A DNA stretch of 64,000 nucleotides from Nitrospiraceae bacterium (GCA_037442105.1 JBBIQV010000003.1:63670-127669), one strand, 5' to 3'; positions 39,444 to 49,427 are shown, counted from the first letter of the stretch. Numbers and translations are program-made. Notes: a model not told the origin generated them from the sequence alone.

Positions 39444-41432
39444 ATGGTCCCAGAAATCGGTCACTTCGCTCTGATTCTCTCCCTGTGTATCGCGGTGGTG
39501 CAGGGAACTGTGCCGATCGCCGGAGCGGCGATCGGCAACGCTATGTGGATGGCAGTGGCCAAGCCCGCAGCCCGCGGCCAGTTTCTGTTTGTGATGATCG
39601 CTTTCGGCTGTCTGGCCTATGCCTTTGCAAGCAACGACTTCTCCGTGCTTTATGTCGCGGCCAACTCGAACTCGCAACTCCCGTTGTCTTATCGCCTGGC
39701 CGCCGTATGGGGGGCTCATGAGGGCTCGCTGCTTCTGTGGACGCTCATCCTGACCCTTTGGATGGTGGCCGTGACTCTGTTCTCCGAGCACTTGCCGCAG
39801 GCGATGCAGGCCCGCATTTTGGGTGTGATGGGGCTGGTGAGCTTCGGATTTCTCCTGTTCGTATTGACGGTGTCCAATCCATTCGAACGTCTAATCCCGG
39901 CTGCGGCGGACGGACGCGATCTGAACCCGTTACTACAGGACCCCGGTATGGTGCTCCACCCTCCGATGCTCTACATGGGCTATGTGGGTTTCTCTGTCGC
40001 CTTCTCCTTCGCCATTGCGGCTCTGCTGGGTGGCAACCTCGATGCAGCCTGGGCACGCTGGTCTCGCCCTTGGACGACCGTGGCCTGGAGTTTCTTGACC
40101 CTCGGGATTGCCCTGGGGAGCGGGTGGGCCTATTACGAGCTGGGTTGGGGTGGCTGGTGGTTTTGGGACCCGGTTGAAAATGCCTCCTTCATGCCCTGGT
40201 TGGCAGGAACTGCCTTGATTCACTCGCTGGCCGTTACCGATAAACGCGGCGGTTTCAAAGTCTGGACCGTCCTCCTGGCTATTCTCGCCTTCTCGTTGAG
40301 CCTTCTCGGAACTTTTCTCGTCCGGTCCGGAGTCTTGACCTCGGTCCACGCGTTTGCAACTGATCCGAAGCGCGGCCTCTTTATCCTCACTTTCCTGGCC
40401 GTGGTGGTCGGCGGGTCGCTGGTCCTCTACGCCTGGCGAGCCCCTCGTGTGGGCTTGGGGGGTGGGTTTACCCTTGTCTCGCGCGAGTCCGTGTTGCTTG
40501 CGAATAATGTCTTGTTGGTTGTGGCAACCGGTTCGGTGATGCTCGGCACACTCTACCCGTTATTTCTCGACGCGCTGGGTCTTGGGAAAATCTCCGTCGG
40601 CCCTCCGTACTTCGATACGGTCTTCGTTCCGCTCGTGACGCCCGCTCTTTTTCTGATGGGGATTGGGCCGATCGCGCAGTGGAAGAACGCTGAGCTGCCC
40701 GCCCTCGCAACGCGGTTCCGCTGGGCGTTCGGAGTCAGCCTCGCAACCGCTGTTCTCCTGCCGTTTGTGCTGGGAAAATGGACGCCGCTCATCAGCCTTG
40801 GTCTGTTGCTGGCAGGCTGGATTCTGGCAACCACTGTGGTCAACGTCCGCGAACGACTCGCCCATGCAGTGGGTAATCACATGCTCAGCCGGCTGATTTG
40901 TCTCCCACGGGCATACTGGGGAATGCTGCTCGCCCATTGCGGGATTGCGGTGTTCATCGTCGGCGTGACCCTGGTGAAGGGATATGAAATCGAGAAAGAC
41001 CTGCGCATGAGCGTCGGAGAGACGGCGTCGATCGGCGGGTACACGTTCCGGTTTGAAGGGGTAGAGGAACTGAAGGGGCCCAACTATGTTGCCGCTCGCG
41101 GCACGTTTCGCGTGACCAAGGATGGTCGCGACATCACCGAGATGCGTCCGGAGAAGCGAATCTATACCATCCAGAATCAACCGATGACGGAAGCCGCCAT
41201 TGATTCCGGACTGTTGCGCGACCTGTATGTATCGTTGGGCGAGCCGCTCGACGGTGATGCGTGGAGTGTACGGCTCTATTACAAGCCGTTTGTGAATTGG
41301 ATTTGGGGCGGATGTTTAATCATGGCGCTGGGCGGAGCCTGGGCGGTCAGTGATCGCCGGTACCGTTTGACGATGCGGCGCGAGCAGACAACCGTACCGG
41401 CGACGGTCCAGCCGGTGGCCCAAGAAGTCTGA
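39444..41432 (+). CDS. ccmF: Cytochrome c haem lyase subunit
   Basis: WGAHEGS, HPPMLY, WGGWWFWDPVEN, SVHAF. Confidence 0.96.
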   Translation: MVPEIGHFALILSLCIAVVQGTVPIAGAAIGNAMWMAVAKPAARGQFLFVMIAFGCLAYAFASNDFSVLYVAANSNSQLPLSYRLAAVWGAHEGSLLLWTLILTLWMVAVTLFSEHLPQAMQARILGVMGLVSFGFLLFVLTVSNPFERLIPAAADGRDLNPLLQDPGMVLHPPMLYMGYVGFSVAFSFAIAALLGGNLDAAWARWSRPWTTVAWSFLTLGIALGSGWAYYELGWGGWWFWDPVENASFMPWLAGTALIHSLAVTDKRGGFKVWTVLLAILAFSLSLLGTFLVRSGVLTSVHAFATDPKRGLFILTFLAVVVGGSLVLYAWRAPRVGLGGGFTLVSRESVLLANNVLLVVATGSVMLGTLYPLFLDALGLGKISVGPPYFDTVFVPLVTPALFLMGIGPIAQWKNAELPALATRFRWAFGVSLATAVLLPFVLGKWTPLISLGLLLAGWILATTVVNVRERLAHAVGNHMLSRLICLPRAYWGMLLAHCGIAVFIVGVTLVKGYEIEKDLRMSVGETASIGGYTFRFEGVEELKGPNYVAARGTFRVTKDGRDITEMRPEKRIYTIQNQPMTEAAIDSGLLRDLYVSLGEPLDGDAWSVRLYYKPFVNWIWGGCLIMALGGAWAVSDRRYRLTMRREQTTVPATVQPVAQEV

Positions 41433-41959
41433 TGAAACGATTTCTCCTGCCGCTTGCGGTCTTTGTGGTACTGGTGGGATTTCTCGGCGTCGGGTTGAAG
41501 CTCGACCCGCGCGAGGTACCGTCGCCTCTCATCGGTAAGCCGGCGCCGGATTTTTCGCTTCCCCAGTTGCACAATCCGGAGAAGGTCTTTTCGCCAAAAG
41601 ACGCTGTCGGAAAAGTCTGGTTGCTGAATGTATGGGCCTCCTGGTGCGGCGGTTGCCGCGATGAACATCCTGTGCTCATGCGGTTGGCGCAAAGCAGTCA
41701 GGTGCCCCTCTACGGCATGGATTACAAAGATCGTCGGGACGAGGCGTTGACGTGGCTGAGGCAGTGGGGCAACCCGTACCCCGTGACGGTAATGGATGAG
41801 ACCGGTCGTGCCGGAATCGATTACGGCGTGTATGGCGTGCCGGAGACCTATGTGATCGATAAGACCGGGGTCATCCGCTATAAACAGATCGGTCCCCTCG
41901 ATGAGGAAACGGTGCAGGGGAAGATTCTGCCTCTCGTTCAGGAGTTACAGCAGAAATGA
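41432..41959 (+). CDS. ccmG: Thiol:disulfide oxidoreductase DsbE/CcmG
   Basis: WASWCGGC, GVYGVPET. Confidence 0.93.
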   Translation: MKRFLLPLAVFVVLVGFLGVGLKLDPREVPSPLIGKPAPDFSLPQLHNPEKVFSPKDAVGKVWLLNVWASWCGGCRDEHPVLMRLAQSSQVPLYGMDYKDRRDEALTWLRQWGNPYPVTVMDETGRAGIDYGVYGVPETYVIDKTGVIRYKQIGPLDEETVQGKILPLVQELQQK

Positions 41960-42417
41960 AACGGCTGTTGTTGGTCCTCCTGCTCGTTCCATGGATTGCG
42001 GCCGCGGAAGAAACCTGGCCGTCGGCTGATAATGCGCGCGTTGAAGCTCGTCTGAAAGCATTAGCCATCGAATTGCGCTGCCTCGTCTGTCAGAACCAAA
42101 CACTGGCTGATTCCAACGCCCCGCTGGCCGAAGATTTGCGCCGAGAGATTCGCGCAATGATCGCCAGGAACATGAGCGACAAGGATATTATCGAATTCCT
42201 GGTGGCACGCTACGGTGATTTTGTGCTCTACCGGCCGCCATTGAAGGCCACCACGATCCTACTCTGGCTTGGACCTTTTGTCTTGCTTGCGATCGGCGGC
42301 ATGACGTTCGTGCTGGCGTTGAAGCGAAGACAGAGGAAATTAGCCGCTGTGGTCCTCTCGGAGGAAGAGCACGACCGAGCGGCGCAGTTGCTTTCAGAAG
42401 GAACTCGTCGGTCATGA
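41956..42417 (+). CDS. ccmH: Cytochrome c biogenesis protein CcmH (CycL)
   Basis: LRCLVCQNQ, RYGDFVLYRP. Confidence 0.94.
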   Translation: MKRLLLVLLLVPWIAAAEETWPSADNARVEARLKALAIELRCLVCQNQTLADSNAPLAEDLRREIRAMIARNMSDKDIIEFLVARYGDFVLYRPPLKATTILLWLGPFVLLAIGGMTFVLALKRRQRKLAAVVLSEEEHDRAAQLLSEGTRRS

Positions 42418-43694
42418 CCTGGCTTTTTTGGATCATTGCCGCGGCGATGGCTCTCATTGCCCTTGCGATCCTGGTATGGCCTCTGTTGAAACGTACTCCG
42501 CCGGTCTCAAACGCGGACCGTGACAAGACGCTGGTGGTCTACCGGCAGCACGTCGTCGAGTTGGAGCAAGACCTGAAGAACGGTGTTGTGACCGACACGC
42601 AGTACCAGCAAGCACGCCGAGAGTTGGAGCATCGCCTTCTGCAAGAAATAAACGAGTCGGAGGCAGTGCAGCCTCCACCAAGCTTCCAATTCAATAGCCG
42701 TGCGATGGCGTTGGCGCTTGCCGGGCTGGTTCCTTTGGTGAGCGTGCTGCTGTATCTGAAGTTTGGGAATTTGCCGGCGTTCACACATCCGACCGTCTCG
42801 ACGACCCAAGTGCGCGCGGGGACAGAGTATGACCATCGGTCGGGGGGAGGACTCGACACGTTGGCCGAGCGACTCAAACAGCGGCTACAGGAAAACCCGA
42901 GCGACGGAGCAGGCTGGGCCCTCCTGGCCCGTTCCTATGTGGAATTGGAACGCCATGCGGAAGGAGTCATAGCATTTGAAAAAGCTGCGACCATAATCCC
43001 CGATGATGCCCAGTTGCTGGCTGATTACGCCGACGCATTAGGTGTCATTCACGGTCGTAAGCTCGATGGGAAACCCGAACGATTGGTCGCGCAGGCGTTG
43101 GATCTCGATCCGCACAACCTGAAGGCTTTGATGCTGGCAGGGACCATCGCCTACGACCACAAGGACTATTCTCGTGCCCTCAAATATTGGGAGCAGGCGC
43201 GCACGGAGTTGCCTCCTGATGTCGAGCCGGAGATCAAGCAGGAGCTGACCGCGAACGTGAATGAAGTGAGGAATCTCATCGGAGGGTCCCGGAAGGTGGT
43301 GGTGAGTTATGAAGAAACCTCTCCTACCCGGGCCGCTTCAGCCAAACAAAATGCAGCGATTACAGGAAAGGTAAGTGTGGCCCCCGGTTTGGCAAGCAAA
43401 GGCTCGTTCACAGACACCTTGTTCGTGTTTGCACGGGCGGTCGAGGGACCACCCATGCCGGTCGCGATCGTTCGCGCCACCAAAAAGGATCTGCCGTTCA
43501 CGTTTCGTCTCGATGACTCGAATAGCCCTATGTCTTCGCGAAAACTCTCGGAAGCGGGAGCTGTGGAGATCGTCGCTCGTTTGTCGAAATCCGGCGACGC
43601 CGTGCCGAAAAGTGGAGATCTGCAAGGAACGAGCAAGCCGGTAAAGCCGGGCGCAGATGGGATTCAGGTCGTGATCGATACGGAGTTGCCGTAA
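42414..43694 (+). CDS. ccmI: Cytochrome c biogenesis TPR protein CcmI (CycH)
   Basis: Two TMs, TPRs (GWALLARSY), C-terminal Ig-like domain (LPFTFRLDD, ARLSKSG). Confidence 0.9.
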   Translation: MTWLFWIIAAAMALIALAILVWPLLKRTPPVSNADRDKTLVVYRQHVVELEQDLKNGVVTDTQYQQARRELEHRLLQEINESEAVQPPPSFQFNSRAMALALAGLVPLVSVLLYLKFGNLPAFTHPTVSTTQVRAGTEYDHRSGGGLDTLAERLKQRLQENPSDGAGWALLARSYVELERHAEGVIAFEKAATIIPDDAQLLADYADALGVIHGRKLDGKPERLVAQALDLDPHNLKALMLAGTIAYDHKDYSRALKYWEQARTELPPDVEPEIKQELTANVNEVRNLIGGSRKVVVSYEETSPTRAASAKQNAAITGKVSVAPGLASKGSFTDTLFVFARAVEGPPMPVAIVRATKKDLPFTFRLDDSNSPMSSRKLSEAGAVEIVARLSKSGDAVPKSGDLQGTSKPVKPGADGIQVVIDTELP

Positions 43695-43709
43695 CGTTTG
43701 GAATTCCCG

Positions 43710-45023
43710 ATGTCTCTCTCCCTCGTCACCACGTTGCTGTATCTGCTCCCGATCGTCCTTGCCTTGGCGCTCTACCACCGCCGCCATCGGAAAAAAGAAA
43801 GTCGCGATCGGGCCCGCTTGGAAGAAACGAAGACGGCCGGAATCACCGAGCCGTTGACACTGCATCCCGTCATCAACCCGAACCGCTGCATCGGCTCCGG
43901 CGCATGCGTGAAAGTTTGCCCCGAAAGGGCTCTCGGGATTGTGAAAGGCAAAGCGGTGCTGGTTCAGCCGGACCATTGTATCGGCCATGGCGCCTGCGAA
44001 GCGGCCTGTCCTGTTGAAGGGATTCAGCTCGTCTTCGGCACGGAAAAACGCGGCATTGATATCCCGCATGTGAAGCCGACATTCGAAACCAATGTTCCCG
44101 GTATCTTCATCGCCGGCGAGCTGGGCGGGATGGGACTCATTCGCAAAGGGATCGAGCAGGGGAAGCGGGCGATGGACTCTGTTCGCAAGAACAAGGGTGG
44201 CGGGAGCGAGTTGGACGTTGTGATCGTCGGCGCGGGGCCGGCCGGTCTCTCCGCCTCGCTGGCCGCCAAAGAATATGGACTCCGCTTTGTGACGATTGAG
44301 CAAGAAGACTCCCTGGGCGGGTCCGTGTATCACTATCCGCGCCGGAAACTCGCGATGACGGCGCCCATGAAACTCCCGATCGTGGGCAAGTTCAACCGAT
44401 ACGAAATCAGCAAGGAGGAACTCCTTGCATTCTGGAACAAGGTCGTTTGCGACACCGGCCTCAAGATCAATTTCAACGAACGGATGGAGGCTATCAGCAA
44501 TACGGGAAGCGGGTTCATCGTCAAAACTTCCAAGTCCAGCTACAAGGCCAAGAACGTTCTGCTTGCCATCGGTCGGCGGGGCACGCCGCGCAAGCTGGAA
44601 GTGCCCGGTGAGGAGCAGCCCAAGGTCGTCTATCGCTTGATTGACGCAGAACAGTATCGAGGGCGGCATGTGTTAGTGGTGGGCGGCGGTGATAGCGCCG
44701 CCGAGGCCGCCTTGGCCGTGGCGGATGAACCGGGAACTACGGTCACCTTATCCTGCCGGGGAGACGAAATTTTCACGCGACCAAAAGAAAAGAACCGCCA
44801 GAGACTAAAACAGGCTGACTCTCAGGGCAAAATCAAAGTGTATCTGAAATGCCATGTGAAAGAGATCGGTCCCGACTGGATCATTCTCGCTCAAGAGGGG
44901 AAGACGATCAAACTGAAGAACGATGCCGCCATCATTTGTGCCGGCGGGACCCTTCCCACGCCCATGCTCAAAGAGATGGGTGTGATGGTCGACACCTACT
45001 ACGGCACGCCTGTTCCGAAATAA
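43710..45023 (+). CDS. Membrane-anchored ferredoxin-domain FAD/NAD(P)H oxidoreductase (TrxB/FNR-like)
   Basis: N-terminal TM; CIGSGACVKVCP and CIGHGACEAACP; VGAGPAG and VGGGDSA. Confidence 0.85.
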   Translation: MSLSLVTTLLYLLPIVLALALYHRRHRKKESRDRARLEETKTAGITEPLTLHPVINPNRCIGSGACVKVCPERALGIVKGKAVLVQPDHCIGHGACEAACPVEGIQLVFGTEKRGIDIPHVKPTFETNVPGIFIAGELGGMGLIRKGIEQGKRAMDSVRKNKGGGSELDVVIVGAGPAGLSASLAAKEYGLRFVTIEQEDSLGGSVYHYPRRKLAMTAPMKLPIVGKFNRYEISKEELLAFWNKVVCDTGLKINFNERMEAISNTGSGFIVKTSKSSYKAKNVLLAIGRRGTPRKLEVPGEEQPKVVYRLIDAEQYRGRHVLVVGGGDSAAEAALAVADEPGTTVTLSCRGDEIFTRPKEKNRQRLKQADSQGKIKVYLKCHVKEIGPDWIILAQEGKTIKLKNDAAIICAGGTLPTPMLKEMGVMVDTYYGTPVPK

Positions 45024-45053
45024 GCCGCCGGGACGGCAGGATGTCCCGGCGGT
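45024..45053. terminator. GC-rich hairpin between convergent genes
   Basis: gccgccgggac-N8-gtcccggcggt directly after the stop codon; no U-tract. Confidence 0.4.
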
Positions 45054-45096
45054 CTCACATCCGCCACAAGAATGCTTCGAGCAATGTGAATCGTCA

Positions 45097-45933
45097 TCAA
45101 GTGGGGCTTTTGGATTCGAAATCCAGTTGTTCCTCGAAGTGGTAAACTCCCACTCCAAGGCGGACCCGACCAGTTCCTTTCACGGAGGGATTCGCGTCGC
45201 GGTCATGATGAGACAGCCATCGGTCCAGGGCTTCCAAGAGTTCCTGTCCCCACGCTGCCGCTATCGCGTGAAATTCTTCAGCCGCAGCGAGAGGCACATT
45301 ATCGTACATCACCTTTCGCTGGAAACGTGGTTTGGCGGGCTTCTGGTAGAGGTTGTGGTCGATGGTGGCAATGAGGTCGGCGGTATCAGATCCGAGGACG
45401 CCGAGCTTTTCGATCGGACCTTTCTGTGGAACATAGCCACGCGCCAAGAGGCAGATGCGACCATCCTTCAGACACTTCACGGCTCCCACGCTAAGTAGTT
45501 CGTCCAGCACCGCGCGGACCGGAATATCGCCGCTATAACGTTTAACCAGTTCACTGAAGGAGGTCCGTTTGCCTTCCATGCGCAGAGGGGATGGATGGCC
45601 TTTCCCATCACCAAAGTCGGAGTCTCGCACCCAGCCGGTGATCACGCGCGCCGCACGGTTGTAACGTTCTGTTGTCGCCGGGTCGCTTTCGCTCGGCTTT
45701 TGCAGGATACGATGCACTTCTTTTCTGGTGAGTCCTGTCAGAATAGAAATCCTGGATATCGTTTGCTTTTTGTTGGCGATCCCGAATTCCGTTTGGGCCA
45801 CCTCGATGTAGACCTGTTTAGCCAGTTCGGCAAAGGTCTTAAAGGACAAATGGTTTCGCAGCAGGATGCGGACAAGCGGGTAGAGAAGTTTCAGGGTAGC
45901 GGCGGAAAGTGCTTGAGCATGAGACGCCTTCAT
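45097..45933 (-). CDS. DUF6502-like protein with HTH-like N-terminus
   Basis: PLVRILLR...FAELAK...SRISILTGLTRKEV and SF-ELVKRYSGD-P-RAVLDELL pattern recalled for this family. Confidence 0.7.
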   Translation of the reverse strand: MKASHAQALSAATLKLLYPLVRILLRNHLSFKTFAELAKQVYIEVAQTEFGIANKKQTISRISILTGLTRKEVHRILQKPSESDPATTERYNRAARVITGWVRDSDFGDGKGHPSPLRMEGKRTSFSELVKRYSGDIPVRAVLDELLSVGAVKCLKDGRICLLARGYVPQKGPIEKLGVLGSDTADLIATIDHNLYQKPAKPRFQRKVMYDNVPLAAAEEFHAIAAAWGQELLEALDRWLSHHDRDANPSVKGTGRVRLGVGVYHFEEQLDFESKSPT

Positions 45934-46091
45934 GAAGCCGAGAAGATATTCTCAACCATAGCTGCGAGTCAATAGCCGACCGGGTGGAATCGAAGCGCAG
46001 GAGCCGTTTCTGACGGATGTGGCTCTCATTACCGCTCTCACCAGATAGAGGAATCAGCAGAGCGGAGGTTTCATGGAAAGCCCACGTAGGC

Positions 46092-47966
46092 TCATGGGCT
46101 TGCCGGAGGCACCGGCAGTCCCTCCAGCGCCATGATCCGCAGCGCATTCGTCGTCGGACAGGGGCCGGGGCGGAGCTTGAAATCGAAGGTCAGGGCGCCG
46201 CGATCCACACTTTCTTGAAAATGCGCGTTGGTGAGTGTCGGGATGGTCTTGTCCAGGTCCGTGAGCTCGAGGTCATGCGTGGTGATGAGACCGAATCCGT
46301 TGCCGTGACGTAACTCACCGATGTAGGCGCGGCTGCCGATGAGGCGCTCGCGGTTGTTTGTTCCCTTGAAGATTTCATCGACCAAGAATAACACCGGAGG
46401 CGCGGCATGGTCTCGCACGGCATCCAAGATGATCTTGAGCCGCTTGACCTCCGCATAAAAGAAGGAGAGGCCCGATGCAATGGAATCCTCGACGCGAATG
46501 CAGCACATCAGCCTCGCCCAGCTCCATTCGAAGCCGGCGGCACAGACCGGTGCGCCGGCTTGCGCTAAGCACACATTGATGCCGACGGTGCGGAGGAATG
46601 TGCTCTTACCGGACATGTTTGAACCGGTTACGAGCAACAGGGACCCCGTGCCCTTGATGGCCAAGTCGTTCGTCACGCGCTGGGAGGCGGGAATGAGGGG
46701 GTGACCGAGATGGGTGGCGAGTAGGCTCTCCGGGCTGCCGTTGGTGGTGACGGACGCGGAATCGGAGATCAGCGAAGGCCAGGCATAGTCGGGATGCAGA
46801 TAAGCAACGTTCGCCAGTGCCGAGGCGGCGTCCAACTCGGCTAGTCGGTCCAGCCAGGAAGGCAGATGCGCCAGGATCTTATCCTGGAGGCGCTGCAGTT
46901 TCAGCGTGTAGTAGAGATCCCAGGGACCGACGGCGTTGACCGCGAGGTGGATGAGAGGGTGTGCCCTGACGCTGAGCCGGTGCATGATGCCGGCCGCCTG
47001 CCAAATCGACCTTGAAGGGGCGGTCCGGCTGTCGGCCAGGGAACGACACAGGCTCTGTAACACAGGCTTGTGCGGAAAAGCTCCCCGTTCGATGTGCGCA
47101 AAGACGGCCCCCAGTTTTTCGAGTTCCAAATGGACCAAGACCGAGTGCTCGAAGATTTCCTCGCTGTGCCCGCCCACCAATAAAAAATAGATCAGCGCAT
47201 AGGCGGCGAAGGAAAACAGCCAGTAGCCGGGAGCCCATCCGAGCATTGCCGCAAATACCAGGCCGGCCGTGAGCATCGCGAACCCTGCCTCGATCAGCAG
47301 CAATGGCAGCAGGTTGGGGAACCGGACGGGAGTGGCGAGGGCAACGCGCAGGCGTTGTCCGTCGATTTCCGGCTCGCTGATCAGCGCAGCTTCCAGCGCC
47401 AGGCGATCGCGAAAGCGCGCCAGCGGCGCCAGTTCCTTGATAAGGGCCTGCCGAGTTCGCCATTGTTCAAATTCCGGAGGTTGGGTCAGTAGCCAGGAGG
47501 TGAGCCGTTCGCGCCCGGCCGAGGACATTGTCGTATCGATGAGTGTGAAAAGACCGCGCGGGCCGGTCAGGTCGAGATCGGTCGCATAAGGGTGTCGATC
47601 GGGAGCGGTGATGCGGGTGGCAGCCAGCGACGCCCAATCCAGCGTCACGCGCGCGAGGTGTCGGCGTTTGATCTCCTGCCACAGCCGGAGGCGATGCAAG
47701 CGGTCTTCGAGCCTGTTATGATACCAGGCCACGACGAGAAAGATCAGCACGAACAGCGCCAGCGCGGCGTTGCCGAGCGCAAACCATCCGAGCTTGTAGG
47801 GGATCACGGAACACAACACACCGGCGATAAATATTGCCAGACGGCAGCGGGTAAAGCGCACGCTGGCCTGTTGCCCTCGGTAGGCGAGGCGCCGGCTGAG
47901 GGCCAGCATACGATCGAGACGGTGCCCTTTCGATTCAGTTGTCGGTGGTTGCGGGCAGGCCGGCAT
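46092..47966 (-). CDS. Membrane-bound MutS-family ATPase (MutS domain V)
   Basis: TM segments; HPLI, TGSNMSGKSTFLR, SFFYAEV, DEIFKGTN, TTHDLEL. Confidence 0.88.
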   Translation of the reverse strand: MPACPQPPTTESKGHRLDRMLALSRRLAYRGQQASVRFTRCRLAIFIAGVLCSVIPYKLGWFALGNAALALFVLIFLVVAWYHNRLEDRLHRLRLWQEIKRRHLARVTLDWASLAATRITAPDRHPYATDLDLTGPRGLFTLIDTTMSSAGRERLTSWLLTQPPEFEQWRTRQALIKELAPLARFRDRLALEAALISEPEIDGQRLRVALATPVRFPNLLPLLLIEAGFAMLTAGLVFAAMLGWAPGYWLFSFAAYALIYFLLVGGHSEEIFEHSVLVHLELEKLGAVFAHIERGAFPHKPVLQSLCRSLADSRTAPSRSIWQAAGIMHRLSVRAHPLIHLAVNAVGPWDLYYTLKLQRLQDKILAHLPSWLDRLAELDAASALANVAYLHPDYAWPSLISDSASVTTNGSPESLLATHLGHPLIPASQRVTNDLAIKGTGSLLLVTGSNMSGKSTFLRTVGINVCLAQAGAPVCAAGFEWSWARLMCCIRVEDSIASGLSFFYAEVKRLKIILDAVRDHAAPPVLFLVDEIFKGTNNRERLIGSRAYIGELRHGNGFGLITTHDLELTDLDKTIPTLTNAHFQESVDRGALTFDFKLRPGPCPTTNALRIMALEGLPVPPASP

Positions 47967-48032
47967 ACTCGCAGGACCTTACTGGTTGCGGGGCGCACAG
48001 TCAACTTGGCACTGGGAAGGGGCGAGAGGCGA

Positions 48033-49427
48033 GTGGCGAGAGGAAAAACGAATCAGGACGAGTGGGTCGAGGTGCGCATTGCGTCGTCGGTAGATGCGGG
48101 AGAAGTGGTCGCCCAACTGAACGATCCGGCTGTGCAGGGGGCATGGCAAGAGCGTGACCTCATTCGCCTGTATTGGCCCGCGAATAAGTGGTGTCCGGAT
48201 GTGCTGAACGATCTGCGGAGCATCCTGAAAGAATTGGGTCATGGTGAGCTTGACAATGTGATCACGATCGACCAGCTCGCCGACCGGGATTGGAATGCTC
48301 TCTGGGCTCAGTCCGTCCAGCCGATCCGCATCGGCCAGCGTGTCGTGATCAGACCGAGTTGGCGGGCAGTCGACCGGCGCCCTGACGACGTAGAGTTGAT
48401 CATCGATCCGAAGCAGGCGTTCGGCACGGGCCATCATGCGACGACGCAGTTGCTGGTGGAGTGGCTGGAGGACGCGGTTCACCCCGGCGATCGGGTGCTT
48501 GATATAGGAACGGGCAGCGGGATTTTGGCGATGCTCGCATTGCGGCTCGGCGCTGCGAAGGCCATCGGCTTCGATATTGATCCGGTCGCCGTCGAATGCG
48601 CGCGTGAGTCTGTGGCTGCAAACGGCTTCGGTCCGGAGTTGGATATTCGAGAGGGTACGCTCGAGGACAGCTTGGGAGAAAGCGCTGAGCGAATCGATCT
48701 CATTCTGGCGAACCTCGATCGACAGACGTTACTCGATCTGTCGCCCGCTCTCTGTGCCTATGCGGTGCGTGGGACGCGATTGCTGGTTTCAGGGCTCTTA
48801 CTCGATCAGCAGGCGGAGATCGCCACCGTCTTCGCCTCGAACGGCGCATCGGCCGGAACCGTGCGGGAGCGCGACGGCTGGGTCGCGATTGAGTTGATGG
48901 CCCCCGAATCGTGCGAGGGGAAAACTGGGATGTTGCAGTCGCGGCGTCCGCCATATCCGCACGTGCACCAAATCAATGTCTCCGACGGCGGAGTGCCGAA
49001 GTCTCCTGTGCGAGAGGCTATGATCAACGCCGCCGGCGTTTGTGGCGACCGGCAACGGAATTTGAAGGTCCACGGAGGGCCGGACAGAGCCCTGTGCCTT
49101 TTTTCGCTTGAGCTGATCGAATCGTTACAGAAGGACGGACATTCAATTGCGCCGGGCTCGGCGGGGGAGAACCTGACGCTGGCGGGCGTCGCGTGGGCCA
49201 CGCTGAAACCGGGGGATCGGCTCCGGATCGGCCCAGCCGTCAAGGTGGAGATTACGAGTTACACGACGCCATGTGAGGCGAACGCCCGGTGGTTCCGTGA
49301 TCGGGACTACAAACGGATTTCCCAGAAGAAGAATCCGGGGTGGAGCCGGCTGTATGCGAAAGTACTTCGAGAGGGGCTGGTGCGGCCTTGTGATTTGGTC
49401 AGCATCGAGGCGGATGGCCTGGATTGA
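48033..49427 (+). CDS. prmA: Ribosomal protein L11 methyltransferase in frame with a C-terminal MOSC domain (possible internal start at 48930)
   Basis: IDPKQAFGTGHHATT, VLDIGTGSGIL; then GGVPK, HGGPDRA, GENLT, PC MOSC motifs; no stop codon between them. Confidence 0.8.
   Translation: MARGKTNQDEWVEVRIASSVDAGEVVAQLNDPAVQGAWQERDLIRLYWPANKWCPDVLNDLRSILKELGHGELDNVITIDQLADRDWNALWAQSVQPIRIGQRVVIRPSWRAVDRRPDDVELIIDPKQAFGTGHHATTQLLVEWLEDAVHPGDRVLDIGTGSGILAMLALRLGAAKAIGFDIDPVAVECARESVAANGFGPELDIREGTLEDSLGESAERIDLILANLDRQTLLDLSPALCAYAVRGTRLLVSGLLLDQQAEIATVFASNGASAGTVRERDGWVAIELMAPESCEGKTGMLQSRRPPYPHVHQINVSDGGVPKSPVREAMINAAGVCGDRQRNLKVHGGPDRALCLFSLELIESLQKDGHSIAPGSAGENLTLAGVAWATLKPGDRLRIGPAVKVEITSYTTPCEANARWFRDRDYKRISQKKNPGWSRLYAKVLREGLVRPCDLVSIEADGLD

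Noticed and set aside
47592..48032. N-terminal extension of the PrmA ORF
   Set aside because: Overlaps the divergent MutS-like gene; PrmA-like sequence begins near GTG 48033.
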